NCBI GenBank assembly: GCA_963764725.1
Contig: CAVXTM010000018.1
Coordinates: 576,001 to 640,000 of the forward strand
Length of the DNA: 64,000 nt
DNA from: an uncultured Gammaproteobacteria bacterium
GTDB taxonomy: Bacteria > Pseudomonadota > Gammaproteobacteria > JACCXJ01
Direction of reading: 5' to 3'
In this document: one piece after another, positions 42,680-51,931 of the stretch
How positions within the stretch are numbered: the stretch's first letter is position 1
Layout of the letters: each line of letters opens with the position of its first letter
The notes under the pieces: model-generated
Seen by the model: the letters and a program-made list of their open reading frames with translations, nothing else
Told to the model about the DNA's origin: nothing
Databases searched by the model: none
Program-made: the position numbers and the translations under genes

Positions 42680-43013
42680 AGGATGATTTCGCTTATCGCC
42701 CATCTGCGGCTCCCGATCGCACACCGGCGGGTGACGCGAACAACAAATCTATTAGAGCGCTTGTTCCTTGAAGAACGCCGGCGAACAAAAACCATTCCTC
42801 ATGCGTTCGGTAAACGCGCCGTCTTGAAACTTATGTTCGCCGCTATCCTACGGGCTTCCCAACCCTGGCTCAGGATCGGTATGAACGACTTCGAACGGCG
42901 GCAGCTTCAGGCACTGCGCCAGGAACTCGAACAACAGTTTCATGAACGAAATACTGTATCCATAAAACCCGCATCCCGCTCAGAAATTTACAGCAACCGG
43001 GGGGGACTTGGCC
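42680..43013 (+). mobile_element. IS256-family transposase C-terminal remnant
   Basis: RTTNLLERLFLEERRRTK. Confidence 0.78.
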
Positions 43014-43328
43014 TGACAGTCGCCGGCTTAACTAGCGTCAATTCCTCGCGCCAGCCTGGCCAGATCCGAGAGACCCAGGCCCTGAGAAAGCGGTCCATAC
43101 GGCGAAGCTTCGGCCGGGGGTTGACGGCGCTGATACACGTTAAGCTGGTGCCGAAGCATTGTGTTCTCCATCTGTAGTGCTGCGCGAGAGCGAAAGAAGG
43201 TGCACACAAGGGTAGACATCATGGAACACGCGAGGGTGTCGAGGGTTCCCTGTCACCCTACATCCAAATGCTTTCCCCAAGCTAGATCTGCAGCCTTTCA
43301 ACTACATATGGATTTTCGGGAAGACAGG
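43014..43328 (-). mobile_element. Integrase-core-type IS, N-terminal remnant and end
   Basis: RSRAALQMENTMLRHQL...WPGWRE..LVKPATV; terminal CCTGTCTTCCCGAAAATCC. Confidence 0.7.
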
Positions 43329-43376
43329 TGTTCTTGCTTGCCGGCAACGTGCCCGCGCGCACCGACGCTTTTCGTT
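43329..43376 (+). repeat. Right half of an attC site
   Basis: Aligns closely with the right half of attC 44920-45009; ends TTC-GTT. Confidence 0.7.
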
Positions 43377-43497
43377 CAGCGTCCGCTTTGAGGTGAATCA
43401 CGATGTCGGTGTGAATGACTCCTCCGGGTCAACAAGCGTCCCATATTTGTGATGAGCCAGACTTGTGCTTCCCCACTGAGAATGGAGGAAACACACC

Positions 43498-44132
43498 ATG
43501 TACAGCAACGCAAATAGCGCCGACATCGGCGCCAACCACAATCCGTGGAACAAGGGCCGACTGATCGGGCCGAAACCCCCATTGAAACTCCGAGATCTGG
43601 GCGATTCGGATTCGACTGCAACTGGCCAAGCGCGCCAGAGACCTTGCCCTTTTCAACCTCTCCATCGACAGCAAGCTTCGGGGCTGTGATCTCGTCAAAC
43701 TCCAGGTACGCGATGTCGCGCATAGCGGCCGGGTCATTCCCCGGGCAACGGTCATGCAGCAGAAAACGGGGCAGCCCGTCAAGTTTGAATTGACCGAGCA
43801 AACGCGAGAAGCGGTCGAGGCCTGGATCGCCAAGGCGCAACTTTGCTCCAGTCAATTTCTATTTCCAAGCCGCATGACCCGCTCACCGCATATTTCGACC
43901 CGGCAGTATGCGCGGATCGTGAAATCGTGGGTCGCTCGCATCGGATTGAACCCGGGAGATTACGGAACCCACTCGATGCGCCGCACCAAGGCGACACTGA
44001 TTCTACCGGCGAACGAAAAACCTCCGAGCGGTGCAGCTATTGCTCGGGCACACCAAGCTGGAAAGCACGGTCAGATACCTCGGCATCGAGGTCGATGATG
44101 CCTTAGAGATGTCGGAGCAAACCGAAGTCTGA
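43498..44132 (+). pseudogene. Small tyrosine recombinase (about 210 aa, not IntI), two frameshifts
   Basis: PWNKGRLIGPKPPL, DSKLRGCDL, HSMRRT, LLGH, VRYLG. Confidence 0.88.
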
Positions 44133-44279
44133 AACCATTTAAAACCGGCAGCGTCCGCCCAGTGCGGTCGCTTGCCGGCCAGAAACAGTCAGTGGCGCGT
44201 AGCCCAAGACACCGCGGTAGCGGACACTCGGGGAAGCACCGTGCTCGCCCGCGAAGTGCAGCTGGCCGAGCTGCCGGAC

Positions 44280-44411
44280 CCGTTCATCCAGATTTGGATA
44301 GACGGAAGCGTCAGAGGTAGTATGTTGTTCGGAAAAGGCTTCCTGGCTACGACCAGACCTATTGCGGGAAGAGATAGACGGAATGATGTTCTGTTCACAT
44401 AACAGTTAGAT
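44280..44411 (+). repeat. attI-like element, copy 2
   Basis: Internal repeat TAGACGGAA twice; ends CACATAACAG/TTAGAT 9 nt before a cassette ORF. Confidence 0.7.
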
Positions 44412-44420
44412 TCCTCGACC

Positions 44421-44912
44421 ATGCCAACGGTCCATCCATTGCGTGCGGTTTGGCTTCTCATTGCGAGACCTCGTCGGTTTGTCGAACTGGCGACTCGCCA
44501 TGACATCGACCAGGAGTTCCAACGGAACCCCCAACTGCTTGCTGCTTACCCCTCCCGCGAGCTCCCACCCGAAAGGGTGAAGAATTTCGAGGACAACGCA
44601 CAAGATCGTACCCGGAAGATGCGGAGTGCATTTGGGTCTGCGCTGTGGTCAACGGGTACCGCCGTTCTGCTTGGTTACCTTGTGGGGTGGGGCGTCGCCG
44701 CATACTGTGGGAAACCACCTCTCTGGGTGGTCTCTGTTCTCGCGGTCTCCGGGGCGGCCGTCATTCTCGTCGCCACGCTCGCGCTTCTGGGCTGGGAAAT
44801 CCAATCGTACAAGGGCGTCTCCCTGCCGGAGAAGGTCAACCGATGGTTGTTTCGCTCGCAGTATTGGTTCGGCACCTTTCTCATTGTGCTTTCTCTATCG
44901 TGCAGCACCTGA
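44421..44912 (+). CDS. Integron cassette gene, membrane protein
   Basis: Between GTTAGAT and an attC; three hydrophobic segments. Confidence 0.82.
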   Translation: MPTVHPLRAVWLLIARPRRFVELATRHDIDQEFQRNPQLLAAYPSRELPPERVKNFEDNAQDRTRKMRSAFGSALWSTGTAVLLGYLVGWGVAAYCGKPPLWVVSVLAVSGAAVILVATLALLGWEIQSYKGVSLPEKVNRWLFRSQYWFGTFLIVLSLSCST

Positions 44913-44919
44913 TGAGCGA

Positions 44920-45009
44920 AGCTAATTTTTGCGTGCAGCGGACGCGCCGGAAGCAGCGTTCTTCTTTGCCAGCAAAGTGCCGGCGCGCCGCTGACGCAAT
45001 TCGTTAGCC
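44920..45009 (+). repeat. attC site
   Basis: AGCTAAT...GCGTGCAGCGGACGCGCCGG / CCGGCGCGCCGCTGACGC...GTTAGCC imperfect palindrome with extrahelical bases. Confidence 0.87.
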
Positions 45010-45030
45010 CTGATATCTCGAAAGTGTGGA

Positions 45031-45879
45031 ATGCCTATGAGCGAAGTCGAGGATCGCTACAAGACGATTTGCACCGATTTCGACACGCTCGTCACCTACG
45101 GGATTCGAGTATCTACATCGCTCGGAGGAAAAAACGCTCCGCACGATCGCGAATACTACGCTGATCGGATCTTTAGCAAGCTGCTTTGCCATGCAATCAC
45201 GCTCAAGCATATTGTCCCAACGGGATTGTCCCCCGTGGCTGCCGGCTACTCCGAACTTTGGGATGTCTCATCGGCGTGCGCTGTCTCGCGAGCGTTGCTT
45301 GAAGCATATGACACGCTGGCCTACGTCGCCATTGAGGATGTTCAGGTTGGCGAACGAGAGTTCCGAATCTTATTGTGGAAGTTGCATTCCGCAGAACGGA
45401 GACAGAAGATGCTTAGGCTCATTGGCTCGACCGCGCCGGCCGTCTTGGAAGTGGACAAGAACGTCACTGAGTTGCGCCAGAAACTAACCACGCATGATTT
45501 CTTCGACAGCGTAGAAGCAGGGCTGAAAAGAAAGGCTCGGAATGGCAACGTTCCACCTTTTCACCTGAGTCAGGCGGGGCGGAACAAGCGTGCCGGTGTG
45601 AATCACGAGTACTACAACGCCGCCCTAATGTTTCTTTCATCCTATGTCCACACCCACCCGTTTTCCGTTCACCAACTAATGGAATTTCGGGCCGGTGACC
45701 CGGAGAGTTTGAGGCTAATGTCCTCGCCTGTTCAATACGCGTCGGGCTTTCTCGCCAAAGGAATCGAGGGTACGAGTCTAGTCTTCGGGGATATTGTGCC
45801 GCTCCCATCGGAGGCAGAATCCGAAATCCAGAGCACTTGGATCGAGATTATTAGAAATGGCTTCGCAAGAGTCGGCTAA
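45031..45879 (+). CDS. Integron cassette gene, DUF5677-like helical protein
   Basis: SRALLE and FLSSYVH motifs; stop codon inside the attC R'' box. Confidence 0.78.
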   Translation: MPMSEVEDRYKTICTDFDTLVTYGIRVSTSLGGKNAPHDREYYADRIFSKLLCHAITLKHIVPTGLSPVAAGYSELWDVSSACAVSRALLEAYDTLAYVAIEDVQVGEREFRILLWKLHSAERRQKMLRLIGSTAPAVLEVDKNVTELRQKLTTHDFFDSVEAGLKRKARNGNVPPFHLSQAGRNKRAGVNHEYYNAALMFLSSYVHTHPFSVHQLMEFRAGDPESLRLMSSPVQYASGFLAKGIEGTSLVFGDIVPLPSEAESEIQSTWIEIIRNGFARVG

Positions 45880-45941
45880 CCCATCAATCAACCGGACCGC
45901 CAAAAAGCTACGCTTCTTGTCGTCCGGTTATCTCAAGCGTT
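45874..45941 (+). repeat. attC site
   Basis: GGCTAAC (complement of cassette-start GTTAGCC)...AACCGGAC / GTCCGGTT...CAAGC-GTT. Confidence 0.88.
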
Positions 45942-46210
45942 CAGCGTCCGCTTTGAGGTGAATCACGATGTTGGAGTGAATGACTCCTCCGGGTCGGCAA
46001 GCGCCTCATATTGTGACGAGCCAGACTTGTGTTTCCCCACTGAGTATGGAGAAAACACACCATGTACAGCAACGCAAATAGCACAGATGTCCAGTGCCAT
46101 TCACAATCCGTGGAACAAAGGCCGACTGATCGGACCGAAGCCCCCATTGAAACCGCAAGAGATCTGTGCGATTCGGATCCGACTGCAACTGGCCAAGCGC
46201 GCCAGAGACC
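45939..46210 (+). mobile_element. Second, truncated copy of the recombinase unit
   Basis: Homologous to sequence from 43374; encodes HNPWNKGRLIGPKPPLKPQEICAIRIRL. Confidence 0.87.
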
Positions 46211-46283
46211 GTTTATTTACTCTATGGGCCGCAGCTCACCGGGAGCGTTATGTGGCAAAACCTTCCCGAAGGAGGCTAGGAGA

Positions 46284-47099
46284 ATGATTCCGAACAGCGG
46301 CGCCATCAACTGGGTGATTGACCCTGTCACGCGGGCGATTGGATACGTCCTCGAAGAAACGAAGATTGTAGGTACTCTCCACAGGAGCCTTGCCGTGTTG
46401 GAAGGTCATGAGATTTTCCTGCGGTTGGCTCGAGAGAAGTTCGTGGAGGCAGAAACGAAAGAGGGCCTACCTTACATCGACCAGCTTATCGCGCAGGCAC
46501 CAGGTTTAAGTAAGGAAGCTGCCGAACTCCGGCAGAACGACTACTCGGTGGTGAATAGCCACAGTCTCATCGGAATGTGGGGTGCCGTAGAGATCGCGGT
46601 TGAGGATACGGTAGTGCTCGTACTCTCCAAGGAAACCTCCGCCCTCGGCGTGGTAGCCAATGCTGGTGTCAAGATAGCGAAGTTCGAGGGGCCAGTATCG
46701 GAAGACGATGCCCGAATTCTATTCTCTCGGCTTGAGCGGAAGCTTCGGGAAAGCCTAAAAGGAAAAGTGGGAGAGTTCTATGTCCAACTCCTCGGTCTCT
46801 TTGGAGTAAAGTTTAGCTGCAGCCGCCACACCCTTTCCAAACTGGATGAAATAAATTGCGTGAGGAACTGCATCCTGCACCGCGGCGGTATCATCGACGA
46901 TCGAGCAGCCCAGATTGACGGATTAAGGCCATTTCTGGGGACGCAGTTCCCGACCACGCAAGCTCGTTACCTTGAATACTATGATGCAATCGGTGATTTT
47001 TTGAAGGAGATGCTGAACGCGGTACTTGCAAGCAGCTACATTCAAACCGTGCCGAGCGGGACAAGTGGTTCTTCCAATGCCACATTACGCACGCCCTGA
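46284..47099 (+). CDS. Integron cassette gene with HEPN-like RxxxxH motif
   Basis: Follows attC right end GTTATGT (46247-46253); RNCILH; ends at ACATTAC (degenerate R''). Confidence 0.72.
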   Translation: MIPNSGAINWVIDPVTRAIGYVLEETKIVGTLHRSLAVLEGHEIFLRLAREKFVEAETKEGLPYIDQLIAQAPGLSKEAAELRQNDYSVVNSHSLIGMWGAVEIAVEDTVVLVLSKETSALGVVANAGVKIAKFEGPVSEDDARILFSRLERKLRESLKGKVGEFYVQLLGLFGVKFSCSRHTLSKLDEINCVRNCILHRGGIIDDRAAQIDGLRPFLGTQFPTTQARYLEYYDAIGDFLKEMLNAVLASSYIQTVPSGTSGSSNATLRTP

Positions 47100-47165
47100 G
47101 CTGGGCACGTTCAGCGTCCGCTTTGAGGTGAATCACGATGTCGGTGTGAATGACTCCTCCGGGTC
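47082..47165 (+). repeat. Internally deleted attC plus third short copy of the recombinase-unit leader
   Basis: ACATTAC...CTGAGCTGGGCAC-GTTCAGCGTCCGCTTTGAGGTGAATCACG. Confidence 0.75.
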
Positions 47166-47423
47166 GTTACTGCGCCCATCGGGAAAGCACCGCCTGGGGT
47201 GAAGAAGCTTACGACGGACAGCAACAATTCCGAATCCGAAGCGGGCCACACCCTTGACCACTGCTGAACAGAAGGAAATCTGGCGATCCTAATTCGCCTA
47301 CAGCCCGCTCAGCGGACCCGAGATCTTCCTCTGTTCAATCGTGCTACCGACATTACGCGGCCCAGCGAGAGATTTGAGTTTCCTAGAAGCACGAGTAACA
47401 TATGATGCAAAGGAGCCTATTCG

Positions 47424-47648
47424 ATGAGCACCAGCATCCTTTCTCCTGAGCAAATCGCCAAACTTACAGCCGAGCAGCGTCTCGCGCTGATCGAAGCGCT
47501 GTGGGATAGCCTGGAGCAAGATGACTTACCGATTACACCTGCGCAAGCGGCAGAACTTGATCGTCGCATGGAGACCTACGAGCAGGATGCTGTCAACGCG
47601 CAGCCGTGGGAGGCGGTGAGGAAGCGCATTGAGCGCAACTTGCTTTGA
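47424..47648 (+). CDS. Addiction-module antitoxin
   Basis: LTAEQRLALIEALWDSL...AELDRR...PWEAV. Confidence 0.87.
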   Translation: MSTSILSPEQIAKLTAEQRLALIEALWDSLEQDDLPITPAQAAELDRRMETYEQDAVNAQPWEAVRKRIERNLL

Positions 47649-47863
47649 AAATGGACGCGTTGATCCTGTACCGAAGGGGCCGAGCGTGACATGGACAACC
47701 CACAGCAATTTCCCGTCGTACACCGCGACAAGCGTCGCGCGCTACTGAAGCGCTTTCCGTACGGGTTATATTTCTTATATTTCCGGATCGAGTTGACGTC
47801 TGCGGTGGTGGTCGGCTGTTTCCACGGGCATCGAAACCCAACGGCGTGGAAATCTCGCCAATA
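47645..47863 (+). pseudogene. RelE/ParE toxin remnant
   Basis: NPQQFPVVHRDKRRALLKRFPYGLYF...GCFHGHRNP across frames. Confidence 0.7.
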
Positions 47864-47976
47864 GTGTCAAGCGAAGCTGTCAGTTCGTCAGTTTGGGCGG
47901 ATGGTCGTTAGCCCGCGAGCTCCTCCCAAAAGCGAAGGCTGTTGCACTGCCTCCGGAGGCAGTCCCTCAAACCGAA

Positions 47977-49056
47977 TTATCTCCGAAAAATAAAGCGGAA
48001 GATTACCGATCCGGAAAGTGCCGCGGCAAAGCTAGATCCGGTGCGTTTATGCAAAGCGGGTAGGACCACCTGAAGTATAAAATCGTGTAGCCCGCGTAGC
48101 TCGGGATATTCCGCGCTCACCTCTGTGATATATCCAAGCGTTCTCGGGATATATTCCAAGAAGCCGTTCTTTTCGTCGCGATGCCATAAACGCGCAAAGA
48201 TTCCGCCGGCCATCAGATGGCGCTGCATACCCATCCAATCGAACCAGCGTAGAAATGTGGCAAGGTTCAATCCGCCTAAGATACCGAATTCGACCGCTTG
48301 CTCAAAATAACGCGTGGCCCAAGCAATCACTTGCGGACGCGGCCAGCATACATAACAATCCCTTAACAGCGAAACCAAGTCGTAGCTGACCGGACCAATG
48401 ACCGCATCCTGGAAATCGAGGATCCCCGGATTGTTGCTGCCGATGACCATCAGATTGCGCGAATGATAGTCCCGATGCACGAAGGTCTGCGGCTGTGACA
48501 AGGCGGAATCGGCTAGCAGCTCGAAACTATCCGTAAGCATGTCATGTTCGTTTAGGGTGAGGTTGATACCGAGATGCCACCGCAGTAACCATTCCCTAAA
48601 GAGCTCCATCTCTCGCATGAGCAATTCGCGCCCGTAGGGCGGTAATCCGTGTCCCTCGACCCGCGCCTGCATGGCGAGGATCGCATTGATTGCATCGCCG
48701 TACAAGCGCGCAACTTTGTCCCCGTAGAGTTCCTGGAGATATATTCGGTTACCGAGATCTGTCAGCAGGAGGAAGCCGTGTTCTACGTCCCGGCTGACGA
48801 TTCGTGGCGCTGTAAGTCCCGCAGCGATTAAGCGTTGGGCGATCGCAATGTACGACCGGCAGTCCTCTTTCTCGGGTGGCGCGTCCATCACGATTAAGGA
48901 CTCGCCTTGATGGCTGACGCGCCAATAGCGCCGGAAGCTCGCGTCGCCAGACGCCGGGGTGAGATCGGCGCAGTGCGTCGCCAGTACGTTTTGTAGCCAA
49001 TGCTTAAGCAACTCGCCGCGGTTACTAAGGTTCCGATCACCGCATTCCATGTCCAT
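47977..49056 (-). CDS. amgK: AmgK-like anomeric sugar kinase (APH-family phosphotransferase)
   Basis: ASGDASFRRY, VMDAPP, HRDYHSRNLM, LDFQDAV. Confidence 0.8.
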   Translation of the reverse strand: MDMECGDRNLSNRGELLKHWLQNVLATHCADLTPASGDASFRRYWRVSHQGESLIVMDAPPEKEDCRSYIAIAQRLIAAGLTAPRIVSRDVEHGFLLLTDLGNRIYLQELYGDKVARLYGDAINAILAMQARVEGHGLPPYGRELLMREMELFREWLLRWHLGINLTLNEHDMLTDSFELLADSALSQPQTFVHRDYHSRNLMVIGSNNPGILDFQDAVIGPVSYDLVSLLRDCYVCWPRPQVIAWATRYFEQAVEFGILGGLNLATFLRWFDWMGMQRHLMAGGIFARLWHRDEKNGFLEYIPRTLGYITEVSAEYPELRGLHDFILQVVLPALHKRTGSSFAAALSGSVIFRFIFRR

Positions 49057-49429
49057 TTCATTCCACCCTCGGGGCGCGACGCGAGCGCGCCCCCTGGTCC
49101 CGGCATTCGCGAAACTTTGTTGCAGCGCGCTACGGAGTACCGTCCCTTGGCCCGACTGTCTTTACGTACTCCCCGCCAACCTGACGGTAGATCTCGTCGA
49201 TTGCTCCTTAGGTTCGCATTATACTTGAATAAGCAGAAGGGCGTTACGCGGACTGTGTGGGAGCCGTTTCACCCGGTAGCGTGTCGAGCTAACGCTGTTT
49301 GCCATGTCGGCTTCGGGACGGACATGGCACGAAACTGCGAGGCAGTGTTCAATATCCCGTAGCAAAAATGGCGTAAGACACCGATAGTTACGCGGGTTGA
49401 CACCTTAGATTCCATGTCTGATTTGAGCG

Positions 49430-49550
49430 ATGGCCTATATCGACGGTTTTGTGATCCCGTGCCGAACGGCAACCGGGACGCCTATCTTGCGCTGGCCAAG
49501 AGGGCCGCGCCCGTCTTTCTCGAACACGGCGCGACGCGCGTGTTTCACAT
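49430..49550 (+). pseudogene. DUF1428 (YbaA-like) N-terminal fragment
   Basis: MAYIDGFVI/PVP..NRDAYLALA...FLEHGATRV with a frameshift. Confidence 0.65.
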
Positions 49551-49583
49551 GACCTAGTGCTGTTCAAGACGAGGTGACCGAAG

Positions 49584-50697
49584 ATGCGGATCGGTGTACC
49601 GAAGGAGATCAAGGACAAAGAGGGCCGCGTGGCATTGACGCCGGCCGGCGCGAAGCAACTGTGCGAGGCGGGGCATGCCGTCCTGGTCGAGGAAAGGGCG
49701 GGCGTGGGCTCAGGTTTTTCGGACGAGAGTTACCGGGCATGCGGGGCGGCGATCGTCTCCGCGGATCTCGCCTGGGATGCCGGGCTCGTGCTCAAGGTCA
49801 AGGAGCCGCTCGAGTCCCGAGTATCGCTTTCTCAAGGACCAGATCCTCTTTACCTTCCTGCATCTCGCCGGTGTGCCCCGCAGGCTGACCGAGGCCTTGC
49901 TCGCGAACAAGACCGCGGCCTTGGCGTATGAGACTCTGGAGGATAAGAACGGAAGGTTGCCGCTGCTGGCGCCTATGAGCGCTGTTGCCGGCGATGTGGC
50001 GATCACGGTAGGCAGTTACCATCTCGCCAAGGTCCATGGGGGTCGAGGGACGCTGCTCGGAGAAGTGCTAGGAACGCGTCATGGGAAGGTCGTGGTCCTC
50101 GGCGATGGTGTGGTCGGGCGCCATGCCGCTCGCACCGCCGACGCCCTCGGGGCCGCGACCTTTATCGCCGGGCGCCACCCGGAGCGGGTCGAAGGACTTC
50201 AGCATGATACCTCGGAGAGGGTAAGTTTCTTTTTATCGAGCCCCGAGGCCATCGTCGCACATCTACAGGATGCGGACCTCGTCGTTGGGGCGGTTCTCCT
50301 GCGCGCGGCACGCGCGCCGTGGGTGGTGAGCGAGAGCATGGTAAAAGCCATGCAGCCGGGTGCCGTCATCGTCGATGTCAGCATCGATCAAGGAGGATGC
50401 ATCGAGACCTCGCGCCCAACCTCGCATTCCGACCCCGTGTACGAGAAGCACGGCGTTATCCACTATTGCGTGCCCAATATGCCAGGGGCTTATCCGCGGA
50501 CCTCGACCTTGGCACTCACCGCCGCGACCTTGCCCTACGTGTGTCGCCTTGCGGATCGAGGCATGGAAGCCGTGAGCGGCGATCCGGGTTTTGCGAAGGC
50601 CGTGAACACCTGCAATGGCTACCTCACCTGCAAGCCCGTGGCGGAGGCCTTGGACCTCCTCGACCGTTATCGCGGGATCGAAGATCTAGGTCTTTGA
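49584..50697 (+). pseudogene. ald: Alanine dehydrogenase, one frameshift near 49815
   Basis: MRIGVPKEIK..EGRVALTP, KVKEP, LPLLAPMSAVAG, IDQGGCIET, NMPGAYP. Confidence 0.9.
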
Positions 50698-50764
50698 GCG
50701 GCGGGCGGTGGGCGTCGCCATCGTAGCCACGGACGTCTATCGAGCCCACGCTTCGATAGATCGC

Positions 50765-51235
50765 TTATCGGGTCCGGTTGCGGCCAGGTACCTCGATAGG
50801 GCCGTTGAGCACACCTCGGCGTTCTTGGAGCTCCGATCGAGGTATTTGCTCCTTGGGACTCAGGAACGGGGCCGCGGCGACGGCGAGGAGGCCCAGGAGA
50901 CCCACGACGCCGAGTCCCACACGCCACGCGCCATCCTCGCCGGGCCGTCCACGAATTGCGTTTACGATCCAACGCCAGTGCAGGATAAGATGCAGGGCCA
51001 GGATCGCCATGAGGCATACCGCGATCCAAAAGTGCACCTCCCCCCATTCGTGACGGGTGAGCCCCCAGATGAGTGTAATCGGTTTAAGCGCCGATCTCGG
51101 GCCGATGCCGAGGCCGTAGAGCGCACCGCTGCCGGCGGGGAAGGCATAACGGATGAGAAACCCGGTCGCCATCAATGCGACCAAGCCGATCAAAGCCGCT
51201 GCGTCGACGAGCGCGGAGAGTGTGCTGCGTTTCAT
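50765..51235 (-). CDS. DUF4405-like membrane protein
   Basis: WGLTRHEWGEVHFW...LHLILHWRWI. Confidence 0.72.
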   Translation of the reverse strand: MKRSTLSALVDAAALIGLVALMATGFLIRYAFPAGSGALYGLGIGPRSALKPITLIWGLTRHEWGEVHFWIAVCLMAILALHLILHWRWIVNAIRGRPGEDGAWRVGLGVVGLLGLLAVAAAPFLSPKEQIPRSELQERRGVLNGPIEVPGRNRTR

Positions 51236-51276
51236 TGCGTTAGTTCGGCGTTGGACCAAAAACTACCACAAGACTT

Positions 51277-51816
51277 TCACCAAGTACGGAAGCGGCCCGT
51301 ATCTAGGTGCACGAAATCCGAACTGGGGTAATAACCAACCCCGCCGTGAGCAAGCGAGATCGCCGCCTTGCGGACCAGGCGGGTGGGCACATCGCTGAGG
51401 CGGATGTCGATGGCCCGACCCTTGAGATGCAGACTGCCTTGCGAGACACTGCTGCTGTGCCGGCGTAGCATCTCGTTGGTTTTGGGCGAGCGGTAGCCCG
51501 AGATGACCTCGAACCGGCCACGGCTCTCTGTTCGGATCCGCACGGTGTGCAGGATGTCCAGCAGCCGAGGGTCGATCGCGTGCACATCGCCGGTGCGGAA
51601 GTCGCGCAGCAACTGATTGATCTCGATGAGCGCTTCGGGAACGTACCGGCCGTCCTCGCAATAGACGATGCTTAATTTTTCGCTCGTATGCATGTGAGTA
51701 AATGTCAGGTGTCGCGCGCTGCGCAACCTGGCGAAGCCGGCTACCGGGACGAGCGCTACGGGCAGCAGTAGGCCCGCCGCTTGGAGCAGACGGCGACGCT
51801 TACGGGTAAACTGCAT
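51277..51816 (-). CDS. YcbK/MepK-like peptidase M15A (DUF882) with Tat signal
   Basis: RRRLL, LLRDFR, ISGYRSP, SLHLKGRAID, FVHLDTG. Confidence 0.9.
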   Translation of the reverse strand: MQFTRKRRRLLQAAGLLLPVALVPVAGFARLRSARHLTFTHMHTSEKLSIVYCEDGRYVPEALIEINQLLRDFRTGDVHAIDPRLLDILHTVRIRTESRGRFEVISGYRSPKTNEMLRRHSSSVSQGSLHLKGRAIDIRLSDVPTRLVRKAAISLAHGGVGYYPSSDFVHLDTGRFRTW

Positions 51817-51931
51817 GCTGAACCTCCCAAGCTATGCTATGAATCAACGAACCCCTCGGCATTTTCCCAGACTCGATGCGGGTCCGCAACGACCGCCGCT
51901 GCCGTGCAGCCCGGAGCGCTCCAGCTCGCAG

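Noticed and set aside
43498-44132. Integron integrase IntI
   Set aside because: Too short, lacks the IntI-specific insertion, and is co-oriented with the cassettes.
44391-44405. CTGTTCACATAACAG as a LexA box
   Set aside because: 15 bp, not the 16-bp CTGT-N8-ACAG.
46062-46283. N-terminal extension of the 345-aa ORF
   Set aside because: Off-frame recombinase copy and attC sequence; the cassette gene starts at 46284.
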